A stretch of DNA of 64,000 nt from the human T2T-CHM13v2.0 reference genome, Homo sapiens, in NCBI RefSeq assembly GCF_009914755.1, contig NC_060930.1; one strand, 5' to 3'. Each line of letters opens with the position of its first letter. Positions within the stretch are counted from its first letter, which is position 1. The translations under genes were made by a program, and so were the position numbers. A model generated the notes under the pieces. The model made no database searches, was not told where the DNA came from, and was given only the letters and a program-made list of their open reading frames with translations. Shown in pieces: positions 15,230 to 30,049 of this stretch.

Positions 15230-15664
15230 AAGCAGCAGCAAAAGCAACAATTTTGGGTGGGTTCCTCAATGCCCCATTTCCCACAAGGGTATGTGGCAAG
15301 TGCCATCCATTACCTGTGCATCAAAGTCATGCAATTTCAAAATTCAGAAACTCTGCTCTTACATAGGACCGCTGGTGACATGCTCAGCCTCTTCTCCCAT
15401 AAAAGAGAGAGATCTTATTGTTACTCCAAGATGTATACACAGATGTCCTACTTTATTACGATGTAATGTAAACGAATCTCCTCCAGGGAGGAAAAGGGAA
15501 AGTATTTACCTTTACTATCCTGAGATGTCTCCAGGGAGGGAGGCATCTTTAGCTTTACTATCCTAGAATATTTTCTTATACAAACATAGGCTATAAATGC
15601 CTTTTCTCAGGCAGCTTGACCCATGCAAAAACAAGAGATAATCATGAAGAATTGTCTTCCAACA
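15230..15664 (-). mobile_element. Old ERVL-class LTR (LTR40-like, subfamily uncertain)
   Basis: Ends aattgtcttccaaca, the reverse complement of TGTTGG(G)AGACAATT LTR starts; internal repeat tctccagggagg...tttactatcct; left boundary approximate. Confidence 0.45.
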
Positions 15665-18600
15665 ACCACCATGTGTCAGAGACATTATATAGTTTCTCTC
15701 CAATCCTAACCATAACTTTGTAATTTAGATATTAGTATTCTAGTTTTGCAATTGAAGAAATTAGAGCTTGAAAATCTCAAATAACGTTTCCGAAGCTACA
15801 CAGTCTAGTAAGTGTCTGAGTCTGGATTCAAGCTGTGGTGGTCATTTGGCCTTAAAGCCAATACTTCTTCCATTGCAAAAGCAATGTAGTACATCCTCCA
15901 CTGAAAGAAGCTTTGTGGGGCCTGATGTGAATTTCTTTTATGTCATATGTTGTCTATTTTTCTTATTCTCATGTAAGCTTTATGAGGACAGAATCATGTC
16001 TTTATCCTCTACTGTGCCTAAGAAAGAAGTAGCCTGCAATGATTGGGTGCCTTATTAATATTGTCTGAATGAAGAAAATCCGTCCAAATAGGTATGATGA
16101 AAACTTGGCATTACACAACTTACATAATACATGACTGTGGAAAAGAGGTCATATCATAAAATTCAAGTATGGGAAGCTTTTACTTGAAATATTAATAGCG
16201 ATCTCAACTAGTTTTTACTCAGCTGACAATTTTGCCCAAATGTTTATGAAAATTTGATGTCTAAAGTTTAGAAAAAGTGACTAAGAGTTGATAATCAGTG
16301 AGGAGGAATAAATAGAAAAATTGTTTGAATCAACTCACAAGAGAATTAATGTTTTAATATAGGGTATCTTGAAAAATGAAAAATTTATTGCACTTTAGAA
16401 CTAAACTTCTTCAATTCTAACCAAAAATATACTTTATGCTGAAGAGTCAAAATTCATGGTTGAGTTACAGACGTTTTTCTCTCTCAATCTGGTTCTGGAG
16501 TAAAAGTCTTTGTCTTATGACAGTTTATTCTAAAGTGCTCATCTTCTATTTACATAGCCCATTTTCTATGAGCATAATTCTTATCACTGGAATATGTGTC
16601 CATAGTTCCTCCTTGCCTGAAACCAGGCTGCTCCTTTACTCAGAACCGAGCTTCTTAAATAAAAACATTGGAGAGTGTTAAAACAAACATCTATTGTAAA
16701 ACTTAGTCTCAATTTTGTCATTAAGTACTCAAGTTATTCAGTAGAATAAATATATTTGGTTACTCTACCCCTTCTTCCCTTTAGGTTAATGTTCACTGCA
16801 TTCTTTTCCTCCTTAGGTTAAATCATGAGTTTTCAAGACTGGTCTTGCATTTCTACTAAGAACTTGCTTTGAATATGTGCCCCTTCTTGAGATGAGAAAC
16901 ATTTATTCCTAATATACATTGAAAGAACAAAAATACATTTACGTTGTATTTTAATAAATACTAAAAACGATATTTTAAAATAAAGGGGACATTTTTACCT
17001 TTCTCAGAAAAGATATAACAAGAAAACAGAAATGCATGTACTCATGTGTGGGAGGAAGATTATGTTTCATTATACTTTCAGCTACTTTGGCAGTTGTTTT
17101 CCATATATATATATATGCAGGATATTAAAGTGTTAGCTACGTGTGTGTGATTTACTGTGCAACTTCACCCAAAAAACCCTTCTATTTTAGTAGAGTTCAA
17201 TATATTTCCTTTGGGGAAGATTAAATAAACTATGTTAACTCAGTTAAATTTGGAGTCTGATGACAAATGACTAAATGTGTTCAAATTGGGCAGGCAGAGG
17301 AAATCTGTCCAGCAAAGGACTAAACTTGGAAATAATGTTTGAATGTACACTGGTAAACTTTTTCAGCTTATTGCTTTAGGGTTTAGTATTACAGTATGAC
17401 ATTAATTTTAAGCAGTAAATTTAACAAGTAGAAATAAGATTCCTACACAGTGACACACAACCCAGCTATGCAGCTATACACTAAAACTCAAATAGACATA
17501 TTTCAAGATAAAATTACATGAAATCAGGATGGGGTTAGTGAAACATATTTTAGATTTCATTTTTGTTTATGGCAATGAGGAAAATTTTATGTAGTCCCTT
17601 TGTGTAGTTTGACACAACAGACAAAAGTATATATATATATGCACACACATGCACACACACATATGTCTACTTTACTCCAGAAGTAAATTATTCTGGAGTT
17701 AGAAAATATATCCTTACTGTGAATTTTTAAATCCGTTATTTTTTATAAGCTATATAAAAACATATATAAAACAAGGGTTAAGAATTTACTTGGATTCAAC
17801 CAAGTTCAGGCCAGTTGACATTGCAGTTAAAGTTAGGAAAATAAATACTGAGGCATATTTTTAAGTGTTATGCTCAAGATCAAAGCTGAAGTTGACGGCA
17901 GGCAACTGGACATCCTAACTATACTACATGTTTCTGAAAGTAGAGGTTTGGAACTATTAACATAATATATAATGTTCTTCCATCTTCATAATACCTGAGT
18001 GACTTAGCTAAGATATATAAAAGATAACCTATTGCTATTAATGCTAAACTGATGGATGCACAAATAATTTTTTTCTGTGCTGTGACTATTAAACCTTAGG
18101 AAAACACATACGGATATAAACAGAGCCCTGGAGTATACAACATAGCCCCCAACATCTTCCTTTTATTCAATCCTTGATGCCCAAACAGAGCTATGCACCT
18201 TGGGAAATACCCAGTGCATTCCTTTCATCCTCAGAACAGAAACTAGGCTCCATGGCTTTGTCTATTCATAGAATATTCCTCCTGGAGGGCAATCCATATT
18301 TTCAACTGCTATTCTTATTAAAAGGAAAATCAAATTTGATGAGAACAAAAACTTGGTAACAGTACAATAATGTAATAAAATACTTTATCTCTTAACTGTT
18401 CTTATGTTTCCTATGCAGCCTAGTCTGCTTTCCCAAGATCATAAAACCCAACAAATGATCATCTTACAGTCTCGAGTATGTTAAATGTGTATTTTTTTTC
18501 TTCTAGAACATCCATAATGAATCTCTGGATTTTTCTGAGTCAAATAAACAAAAGATGATGTTTTCACATCACAAAACCACAATGGTTTGCCATTTTTTTT

Positions 18601-19769
18601 CATTAAACTTCTATGTATATGCATAGATGTCTCAAATAATTTCTGATGTCACAAAGAATTTCTCAGGGATTTCTGATGTCTTGAAGAATTACAGCCCCAG
18701 CACTGAGGATCCAGGCCATTGAACTAAAGATGGACAGGGTTTCTCAGGAGATTAGAGATAAAGTTCAGATAAAGTTTGCATCGTCTTGAAGGAATTACAC
18801 CTATTTTTTTTGAAAACATATTATCACACTGCAGAAAATGTAAAATGAGCTGTACCCATGAGACATTGCCATGAGCTAAGACAGGAACTGTGGGACAGTG
18901 CAACATAAGACTTTGCAATACAAAAAATAAAATATCACAAGCTGTAGAAAACTTTTCACCAGAAAGAAAAATATCTATTTATTAAACTGTTTGCAAGAGT
19001 ACTGTGCAAAATGGAATATATAATTGCAATTTAGTTTGAAAGATTTCTTGAGTCTTTAAAAATGTTCTGATTCTACTTTTCTATCTGGAAACGAATGTGT
19101 TGCCGATGAACCACTCACATGAAGCATTAGTGGCTGGAGATACCATCACCTATGGTGTCATGCTGGACCTCTGTTGATTTTGATCAATTTTAAGTGTAAA
19201 TGATTGAATAGCTTAAAAATGAGTAGCTTTTAGTAAACTATTATAAGTGAGTAGAATTGCACTTAAAAGATTGCAAGATGGGGGCGGGTTAATGTGCCCG
19301 GCAATCTAATTGTTATTGGAAAAAATAATCTCTTTGAGCTGAACAGCCATGGAGAATTAGACAGCAGGACTTTGACAGATAGGTATCAAGTCCCTGTTTG
19401 AACTCAACCACTAAGTGTTTTGCTTTTATCTCTCTGTCTATTCACGATAACTTCTGAGCAAGCTAAAGGACTTTGAGCTTAGTAGAAGATTCAAGATGTA
19501 CCTTAATTTCAATTAATGGGTCAGTCTGCCACCTTGATTTTATAAAAGATAGGATCCTTTTGGGCTATTATAATATTATTTTTCATATTTTTTTGTGTCA
19601 AAGAAAATAGCTAGGTTCTTTACTACTCTATTCCTTGATATAAATATTGATTTATAGTGATTCTTGGTTTAATTTCCTTAAAGGCAATGTTTCAGATACT
19701 TATCTTCAACATATCTTGTTATATAATCTTTAACAAATAAAAATGGTGGAATTTTCTCTTATTTTAAGA

Positions 19770-19935
19770 TTTTTTTTTTACCTTATTATGGCAAAAAAAT
19801 GTGACATTAGATCTACCTTCTTACAAATTGTTCAGTGTACAATACAGCATTGTTAATTATAGAGACACAGTTGTATAGCAGATCTCTAGGACTTACTCAT
19901 TTTAAATATTGAGACGTCATGCCTACTGATAATTT
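19770..19935 (-). mobile_element. L1MA/MB 3' end fragment
   Basis: agatctaccttcttacaaatt...gtacaatacagcattgttaattatag...gtatagcagatctctaggacttactcat. Confidence 0.75.
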
Positions 19936-20108
19936 TCCCTTGTTGTAAAGTCAAATAAATTAAAATTTGCCATTTTTTTCTGCAGTAGATAGAATGTGAA
20001 GGTGACAACTCAAAAACTCTGAAGATAAGTTTTGTGAGGCACCTAATAGAACTTTAATTTTTTATAACCTACATTTGGAAAATTTTGTGTTCCACCCCAC
20101 CTCAACCA

Positions 20109-20110
<2 letters not shown>

Positions 20111-20157
<47 letters not shown>
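20111..20157. repeat. (CA)n microsatellite, ~23 units with one interruption
   Basis: Direct reading. Confidence 0.97.
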
Positions 20158-21974
20158 TATTTTCTAGAACTACAATATTCTAAAATAGTACCCAGGGGAT
20201 GCCTTAGATATTCCATGAAATATGTCCAGCCAATTGCTATATAATATTCCCACTGTTCTCCTCTTCTCCTGCTCAGTTTCTCTCCTTGCTGTTAGAATCC
20301 AGATTCTGCTTGTTGTCAAAACATTGTTGAGTTCTCTGGAGTTGTCAAAGTGCTAAGGGCAGTTCATATTCAGGCAGTAGTTTAGAGAATCACGTTGGAC
20401 AGTACATAGCATTACGCATTTCCAAAGTGGTTATTGTAAAACCAGCTTGTTGAAAAATATGTATAGCCCCTTTCCTTCACACATTTTTGTGGCTCAGGCT
20501 ACTCCATCAAGAGAAGACTGGGAGAAACAGCTTAGTCACATTGCCTCAGAATCAGCCCTCCCAACTGATAGAATCTGCTGGACTTTCTATTCCCATGAAG
20601 TTGTCTTCCAGGAAATTCTTCAGTTCCTTTTGCTGATAGCCTTAGGTTGGGCTTCCCCATTAATGTGACTGAATGTATTTGTATCAAAGCAGTTGGATAC
20701 TGCTAAGGATTAAGCCATTTGTCTATCAACTCCGTTATTTTTACAGATAAGAATCCTTTGTAGGGAAGAGAAGAACTATTTTGATGCAAATTATTACTAA
20801 GTCTTCCACGTTATCTTCTGAAACCCTCTGATGCTAAGGGTAGAATGAGACTCTGGTAGTTCAAGATGCATGCTATTACAATTTTCTCAATGAACGAAAA
20901 TCTGCATTATTATTATTATTTAATAATAATCAGGTGAGCACCATATCTCGTAAGGCAGTCATTCTTTGGAAATCCATTAGTGAAACCCAGTAACCTTATA
21001 ATAAGTAGCCACACATCAAAATACTTTGTACATTTTAAGATTTATGGAACTTTTCTCTGGACTAGAGAAATGTTATGTCTGCATTCTTCTCTCTGTATCC
21101 CATGGCTAAACTTAGCCCTGAAGTTCATCTGAAGCATTTAGTAACATTCTCAAGACCTCATAAGCTATTAAATACCTCACAGCTTCTCTGGTGCTGACAA
21201 GGAGGCAGAAAAGGCTACCTCATAGCTTAGCAAACCTCCCATCAGGCCTTGGTGTGTGCAAGCAACAGCTTCATGACCGTAGAATTTTCACTGAATGAGA
21301 AACTTTGAACCCAGAAGGCACCTCTTTCTCTGACTTCATCTGATATAGCCCCATCAAAACTAATTTTTTTAGGAGCAAACCAGTACTCTACAGGCAGCTG
21401 TCTTCATACTTTGAAATTATTTAAAGTATCCCTGTAATTTGGAAACAAAATTGAACACAGTCAATTTAATATAAGTATATTATATTGAAGGCATACGTTT
21501 TTTCGCTTTTGCAAGTAAGTATTGCAAAAAGAACGGGCTGTTCCTACCAACCTAACAAATCAAGGAGGTAAGATAGTTCATCCAAAAATGTAAAACTTTC
21601 CTAAATAGTTTAGAAAAAGCAAAAAAAAATTGTGAAAAGCAAAAAAAACTTCATATGTATGATATTTCCCCTATTCTTTAACATCTAGCTCCTGAAATAT
21701 GTCCCTTAGATGTAGTAGAGCATTTCAGGCAAACAAAATACTATACTCACTTCAAAGAAAAGAAACTTCTTATATTTTCAAACAATTTATTTTTTTCTAA
21801 TTATGGAATATATTTATTATGGAAATAGCAAAAAGTTATATATAGAAGAAAAATGATTTCCTATAATTTTATTCCTGAGTGTTATTCACTTTTAATGCCT
21901 TATTCTATTTACTTTTAGTCTGTCTACCAACCACACTATATAAAAATAAGTATAATAATTATAGTAGTAATAAA

Positions 21975-22180
21975 AGCTAATATTTATTGAGCATTTACTA
22001 TCTATCTGTCCCAGTCATACATGCTTTTAAAATATTAACCACATTTAATCTTCATAATATCTCGCTGAATGAAATAGTATTAATATTATCCAACTTTTTA
22101 TAGAAGAAAAAATTGACGCACAGAGAAAGTAAACAACTCTTTTCCAGGTCACATACATAGTGTGTGGCAAATCTGGGAAA
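21975..22180 (-). mobile_element. MIR
   Basis: gctaatatttattgagcatttacta...catttaatcttcataa...gaaaaaattgacgcacagagaaagtaaacaactctttccaggtcaca. Confidence 0.7.
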
Positions 22181-23199
22181 GGAACATGCAGGTGAGTGCA
22201 CATGAGCACATACACACACACAGAACAAGCCTACACACAACTACACAAACCCAACACATGCATGCACTTTGTCCAGCTTGTTGGTATTTAATATTTTGTG
22301 AATAATTTTAAAATAACATAAGCCTATTTAAAAAAACATAGAAACGGAACAAAAATTAAAAAGAAAAATCATCTAATCTCATCATTTAAGGTAACCTTTG
22401 TGAACATATGCAAACTATTTTCTTCTACTCAACTTGTTCTATATTTTGAAATGTATTGGATAACTCTACACATATAGTTTAATATGCTTCTTTGTGTGTT
22501 TTTACTTAGCAGTAGAGTAAATGCATTATTTCATAATATTGAATGCTGTAGTACCATAACTTTTCCTAAGCCTGTGATATTTTTGTTAGCATATACATTT
22601 CAAAAAGTCAATAAAAGAGCTGCTAGTACAGAATTAAATATTGTGAAAAATAAGAAAATATACTTATTATTTGGTAATTCAGATAACTAATCCAAAAAAT
22701 TTTTGAAATTCAGTGATGCCTGATTTTAATGGAGATATTTTATACTAAAGATGGAACTAGAACTAGACTTTAACTTCAGAAGGAACATGGTTTAATGATG
22801 AGAACATAATCAAATTATGAATAGCATAGGCAAATCATCGAAGTAAAAGTAAATATTTTATATAGGGGCCACATAGGTTATATGTCAACAGGGATGCTAA
22901 ATTCTTATGAAGAATAAACTTAGAGGTCTATATTAGAAGAAAGTAGAACGTAAATTGTGATAAAGACAGACTTGGAGAATAGTGAATTCCAACAAGACAG
23001 TTGTTTCTATCTAAAGAACAGAAATACAGCTGAATAATGTATACTATTAAATACGTTCTAAATGGACTTATATTTGCTTAGGTAGTAGTAGATTTCACCA
23101 CAAAATCCCTCATTTCTTGAGGTGGGAGGAACAGAATACCATATGAATGTGTTCAAGAATGTTTATCTCATGAAAATAGAAATGTGTGATTTTAACCAA

Positions 23200-24250
23200 T
23201 CAACCAATCTGTCTTTTAATTAGTGTTTATCCCATTTACATTTAATATAATTTAATAATGTGATTTGGGTTAAATCTATCCCTCAGTAATATAAATACAA
23301 AAATCCTAAACAAAACATTAGCAAATCAAATCAGAAATTACATAAAAAGCTGTCATCACAGCATAGTAGAGTTTATTCAGGTATACAGAGTCAGATTAAG
23401 ATTAAAAATCAATTAATGAAATTGACCATATTCACAGAATAAAAGATAAAAATATTATCACCTCAATCTATGTGAAATAAGCATTTGATACAATTTAACA
23501 CTAATTTATAGTCAAAACCTTTGCTAACCAAGCATAGAAGGGAATGTCATCAGTTTGATAAAAAATATTTAAATCATCTTCAGCTCATATCATATTTACT
23601 GGTGGATATTAAGATTTTTTATCTAAGGTAGGACAATTGTCACCAGTTTTATTCAATATTGGACTAGTTCTCCTAGGCAGTGGAATAAGAAAAATGTAAT
23701 CTAAAAACAAACCATTAGTAGTAGTTAGTGAGTGTACCAAGATTACATTATACAAAGTCAATATACGAAAATCAATTCTATTTATATACTCACAACAAGC
23801 CATGAAAAATGAAAGTTAAAAACAATACTACTCATAATAGCATAAAACCATCAAATACCTACAAATAAGCGTATCAAAAGATGTACAACTTATACACCTG
23901 AAAGTACTAACTATGCAGAAAGAAGTTATGAATGACCTAAATAAGTTTATTCATCATATTTATAGATTAAACTACTCAATATTTTTGAGATGCCATTTTC
24001 CCCATATTAATCTATAGCTTCAAGGCTATCCCTATCAGGAGGGTTTTTTTTTTTAGAAATTGACAAGTTGATTCCAAAATGTATATGGAAATTCAAAGGA
24101 CCTAATATAGCCAGGATAATTTGAGCAAGAAGCACAAGTGGAGGAATTACAACACAACTACCTTTAAGTCTTGCTGTAAAACTAGTCATTAAGGTAGTAT
24201 GGCATTTGTATAAGGATAATTAAATAAGTCAATGCAACAGAATAGAGTTC
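23200..24250 (+). mobile_element. Old L1M ORF2 remnant with internal deletions; first ~80 bp appear to be an antisense L1 piece
   Basis: atacaaaaatcctaaacaaaacattagcaaatc, aagcatttgatacaatt, ttagaaattgacaagttgattccaaaatgtatatggaaattcaaagg. Confidence 0.8.
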
Positions 24251-24269
24251 AAGATTATAAAAATAATAT

Positions 24270-24462
24270 GACATAGACATGTGATATATATGTTATGTAA
24301 TAGATAATACATGTATATTCATATACAGGTATATTTCTGTATAATATATATGTATATCTACATATACAGGTATATTTCTATATACTATATAATATATGTA
24401 TATTTATACATGTATATGTATATTTATACATGTATAATATATGTATATTTATACATGTATAA
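24270..24462. repeat. AT-rich (TA/TACATG) low-complexity tandem repeat
   Basis: Repeated tatatttatacatgtat and catatacaggtatatttct units. Confidence 0.85.
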
Positions 24463-24463
24463 T

Positions 24464-24535
24464 ACAATCATATGAATCTTAACAAGGATACATTCTAAGA
24501 AATGTGTTGCTAGGTGATCTCATCATTGTGCAAAT
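24464..24535. mobile_element. Tigger3/Golem-like terminal fragment
   Basis: gatacattctaagaaatgtgttgctaggtgatctcatcattgtgcaaa resembles the recalled Tigger3 end GATACGTTCTGAGAAATGCGTCGTTAGGCGATTTCGTCGTTGTGCGAA. Confidence 0.55.
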
Positions 24536-24687
24536 TCTACAAGTCTAAAATATGCCTACCCTATAGTGTATATAATTTAAGTTTGCTTTTATTAATGATC
24601 AAACTAATATTTTGAGATCCATCTGCCAGATTTCTGAGCTTATTTCTTAATTGTTTTAAAAATTCAGATTAGGGAAGAAAGGCATAA

Positions 24688-25018
<331 letters not shown>

Positions 25019-25108
25019 GAGATTTTTTTTTTAATCTGATTTTAAACATTCTTGTTTTTCCCAAATCCCATTAGGGCATCCTGCCATTAAGGGTGCCATA
25101 ATTTAGTC

Positions 25109-25336
25109 CAGTGGGTCTCAAGTGGGGCAGTTTTGCCTTCTTAGGGGAACCTGGCAAAGTCTTAAGACATTTTTGATCATCACATTCAGTGCAACCAGTG
25201 TGTGGGGGGTTGGAATACTGGTGTCTAGTGCGTAGAGGCCAAGGATGCTGCTCAATATCTTACAGTGCACGGAGAGGCCTCCCAAACCAAGAATTATCAC
25301 CTAAAACGTCAGTAGTTCTGAGATTGAGAAACCCTG
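25109..25336 (+). mobile_element. MER20 (hAT-Charlie MITE), near full length
   Basis: cagtgggtctcaa...tctagtgcgtagaggccaaggatgctgct...aagaattatc...gagattgagaaaccctg; terminal inverted repeats visible. Confidence 0.88.
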
Positions 25337-25444
25337 CTCTAACCTCTTTCTAGATTATATTCAACCTCCTAGTTCCTTATTTTCTCCTCTGAATTTTCCC
25401 AGCAACTATCCATTCTTCCATTATGCAGATAGGTTAGGCCCCTT

Positions 25445-25903
25445 GCTCTAGTTTAGATAAGATTTGTTTGTCTCCACCAAATCTTCTGATGAAATTTGAT
25501 TCCTAATGTTGAAAATGGGTTCTAATGGGTGATGTTTGGTGTGCAGGAGAAGATCCTTCATAAATAGATTAATGCTTTCCCAGGGATGGGGGGAGTAAGT
25601 GAATTCTTATTCTGTTAGTTGCCATGAGTGCAGGTTGTTATAAAGAGCCTGTTACTGCCCCCCTCCCTCCCACAACTGTCCTGCTCTTGCTTGCTGTCTT
25701 GCTATGTGATCTCTGCACATGCCTGTTTCCTTTGGCTTTCTGCCATGAGTGGAAGCAGCCTGAGGCTTTCATCAGAAGCTGAGCAGATGCCAGTATCATA
25801 CTTCTTGTACAGCCTGCAGAACCATGAGCCAAATAAACCTCTTGTCTTTATAAATTACCCAATCTGAGGCATTCCTCTATAGAAACACAAACTAACGAAG
25901 ACG
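25445..25903 (+). mobile_element. MST-family MaLR LTR
   Basis: ctgccatgagtggaagcagcctgaggctttcatcagaagctgagcagatgc...cagcctgcagaaccatgagccaaataaacctc...ataaattaccca. Confidence 0.88.
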
Positions 25904-27894
25904 CCTATGTTCTGACATCTTGGTGCCAGGAGCATGCAGTTTCTGCTGAAGGAGAAGGAAAGTATCACCATGCTACACCAAGCATGCGTTAAAGCATTTT
26001 CTCAAACAAAGACAGTGATCTCCCTAAGAGGAACTTAGGAGAGATTGTCTTAGGAGAAGTTTGTGCTGCACAAAAATTTTCCTATCTTAAGGTTCCTAAA
26101 ATAAAAAATTTGCAAATTAACCAAGACTTATGGCAATAATTTAAATTAATTTTAATTCAAAACTCAATAGGTAGTAAAATAGTCGAAAACACTTTACAGA
26201 ACACAGTTTAGGTCAATTTGGCTCAAAATAAATATGAACAGCACATATATAGTGCTGTGAATAGTAAGCTCACTAATTATACAAATATTACTCATAAATT
26301 TAGCATGTACTAAAATTAATGTGAGTAGAAATGCTAAAAAATAATGACCTATTTCAAAAGTGTTATAAATGATGACAATCCCCTCCCTTTGCAAAATACG
26401 AGGATATTGCTTTTGTGAGGCAAAAACATGCTTGGAGGAAGAATGTGTGGTGAGAGAGACTTTTGGTAGGAGATGTATTGATGTCATGTGAAATGACTAT
26501 AAGAAATTTTCTGAATATGGTGTGCTAATGTTTTGCCTGCAAATAATTGAATTTTTATGAGAACCTAAAACACTGGAAAACTTTTGATGAGCTGGATGTT
26601 AAGTGTGGCCAGATCATCATGGTGGACACAGTTGGGACACAAGTCTTAAGAAAATCCATTTAAATCTTCTTTCTCAGATTCTAGGAAGTGGCTGAAAGCT
26701 GGCATTGCTAAATTGAATCCCTCAGCTACTTACTGTCTGGGAATCCAAATAGCTCCAAAGGCATCCTCTGACCCCAGTGGCAGGTGTCTGAGTCATTACC
26801 ACCACATGGATTTAAATAGCAATTTAATTTCACGTGTTTGGACTGTTGCTTTTTTGTTTTTTAGTTCCCCCGTTATTTCAGGTCTGAACTGTCAAGGATA
26901 CGTGATAAATGTGTCTTCGCCCAGCACAATAATCTTTATCACCAAAAAACGGTAATTTATTTCACACTTCATTACAGTTATCATTTAGTGAATTATTTTC
27001 AATGTTCAACTTAAAGTATCAGTAGATATTGATAAACACATAGAGGGCGTAGAAATATCATTTTTTTTCCCGAGCAGAGTATCTGACATTTCTTAGCTAA
27101 TGAGAGATTAAATGAGAAAGCTGAGCACCGCATGGATCTTCTCTGCCTGTGAAGTATTGTTGATATTGTCAGTTCCAACATGATCTCAAAACAGCACTAA
27201 AGCCTCAGCAGGGACACAGCATACATTTAGAAACTGTCCATATCACATTTTTAAAAATCTTTTATACATAGGCTTAGTTACATAGAGGTTTTCTGAAACT
27301 CTTTTCTGATTATCCTGCTGTTTCACACCAAAATCTGTAATGGTTCCATTGTTTGAATTAAAAGGGGGAATCTTTCCTTTCTTCAAACTAGAATAAGACT
27401 CAATTTCTGAATTAATCACCAGTCTGTTAGAATATATAGAAACTAATATTTTTAATTAAAATTGCTTTTGTACATATTCTCTTTCTCCAATTAGATTATA
27501 AGCTCACTGAAGCCAGGCATGCTACCCTTTATAGGCATCTAGAAAATGTAGTTGAAAAGATTCAAACTCTTAGTGGTTATTGACTACTATTAGATTCATC
27601 TGGGAAGACTGCAGGAAAAAGAAAAGATCAAAAGAGAAATGGTCACTTTATAAGCAGAAATTAAAAAGAATGGAGAAAATCTATCACTCTGAGGTCTTGA
27701 AAAATTAGACAATCTTACTACTTCTAGATATAAGAAATAACACAGGAAAAATATTTGAAACTGAGCCTTGTGGCAAATGTCGAACTGAGGTTGTGGTCTT
27801 ATAAGTCTGTAGCTTCAGAGTGTCTACCACTGACTAAAGAGAGAGGTGTGGTGGGATTGGAGGATACAATAAAATTAAGCAGATTTGAGAATTA

Positions 27895-28266
<372 letters not shown>

Positions 28267-28892
28267 TCATCAACCTATTAAGTTTCTGTGGGAAACATAT
28301 TGCCTAAAAATCCAAAATCTTGGACTACAAATTTCTTTGTTCAAAATTAAAAGACTCGGGTCCCCTATTCTTCCATGAGCAGGAGGATGTTCCACAATGC
28401 TACCTTCATGAGGAGGGCATATGCCCTAATGCCCACTTCAGATACAGCCATGGAGGATAATGAATAAAGATCCCCTCCCTAGTGATGGCAGAACCAGAAA
28501 CTACAGAGACACATGGAAGATGGCATCTAATTAAAGGACTTTCCCACTGCCAGGTCAGAAAACTGTATAATGCCTACACTGTATAAAAATTTCTGACCAG
28601 CAACTGCTGAATGTCTTCCATTTCTCCCTTTTCAAATAGGGGTTTTATCGCAGCTCCTGTCCTTTGTCCATCCATGAAATATCGGGCATGTACATGGGGA
28701 GGAGTGGCAATAACTTACTTCTTCAGTTCACAAGTCTCTGGCCTTAGAGGAACTTTACACTCTCTGAAGGCTTTGAGCTGAATGTAGTAACTGGATGGAA
28801 CTCTGGGTGTTGTTTCTAGGAAGGTGAGGAGTTAGCGGGTTCTATGCATGGGAGGAAGACTAAAATATGTTTTTGATGACAAGAGGGCAAGA

Positions 28893-29290
28893 TGTGGCAG
28901 AAATAATGCTATATGTTTACCAAACCTATTTCATTTTCCAGCTGGGGCACAGAAGACATTTCTGTCTCTCCTGCAATTTGATTGGGCCCCGTGGCTTGGT
29001 TGTGGCTTATGTGTGCTGAAGTAACATATGCCGTTACCAGGCCTGGCCCATAAATATCCCCCACCTGACCCTCTATGCTACCTTTTCCCCTTGGAGACCG
29101 TGTGGTAAAGATGATGCAGCCTGCGATGGCAGAGTCTGACTCTCTACAGGACTATTTAAGCAGAACCCTTCAACTCTACCCCATTGACAATGACTACATT
29201 GAACTGTGATGGGAGGTAGCCCTAATTTTAATTGTGTTAAGCCACAAATTAGGAGTTGTTTGTTATTGCAGTTAGCATAGTCTGGTTAAT
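28893..29290 (+). mobile_element. MLT1 (G/H/I-like) MaLR LTR, probably with MaLR internal sequence upstream (~27620-28890)
   Basis: Purine run gagggcaaga then tgtggcag...; ccaggcctggcccataa; attgtgttaagccac...gttgtttgttattgcag. Confidence 0.65.
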
Positions 29291-29535
29291 ATTTTGCTCT
29301 TAAGGAGTATTAGAAATAAAAGGTATGCTCACCATCAAAACAAAAAAATGCGGTACAAATTGTATGTGTTGTTACTGACATATGTACATATGTTTCAACA
29401 GAATTGTAATGGTAGTACATGTGTGGTATTTTTCACACACCCCTCAAAAAACATGTTGCTCAACCGGATGATTCTAGTAGGATTTAATTAAACAATATCC
29501 TGTGATATTGAGACTATTTTACCAATAGGTCTTTT

Positions 29536-29794
29536 TTTTTTCTTTTCTTTTCTTTCTTTCCTTTTCTTTCTTTCTTTTTTTTTTTGTGATGGAGTCTTGC
29601 TGCGTTGCCAGGCTGGAGCGAGTAGCTTGGACTACAGGAGTGTGCCACCACACTTTGCTAATTTTTGTATTTTTAGTAGGGGGGTGGTTTTACCATGTTG
29701 GCCAGGCTGGTCTCCAACTCCTGACCTCAGGTGATATGCCCACTTTGGCCTCCCAAAGTGCTGGGATTAGAAGCGTGAGCCACTGTACCCGGCC
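29536..29794 (-). mobile_element. AluS with ~70-nt right-arm deletion and (CTTT)n-type tail
   Basis: ggctggag joined directly to cgagtagc at 29618/29619; perfect TSD taccaataggtctttt. Confidence 0.93.
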
Positions 29795-30049
29795 TACCAA
29801 TAGGTCTTTTCTCTGTTTCTCTTCAGTGTTTCAAAGTCCGCAGGTGCTCATAGCTATATGATGGACAATGCCAAAATTATACCACACTGGAAATGAACTC
29901 CAGGACCATCAGCACAATAAATAACAAACTCGACAGAACCCATCAAGCTCACTCAGTCCAGGCCAACTACTCACATGAAAGACAAGTTGTAGAAAGCTTT
30001 CATTTTAGTGACCATAATATTGCATTCTGTATCATGCAATTTTACATTT

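Noticed and set aside
24270-24462. Spaced repeat units resembling an array
   Set aside because: Low-complexity TA-rich slippage repeat with no unique spacers. Eukaryotic context, no CRISPR features.
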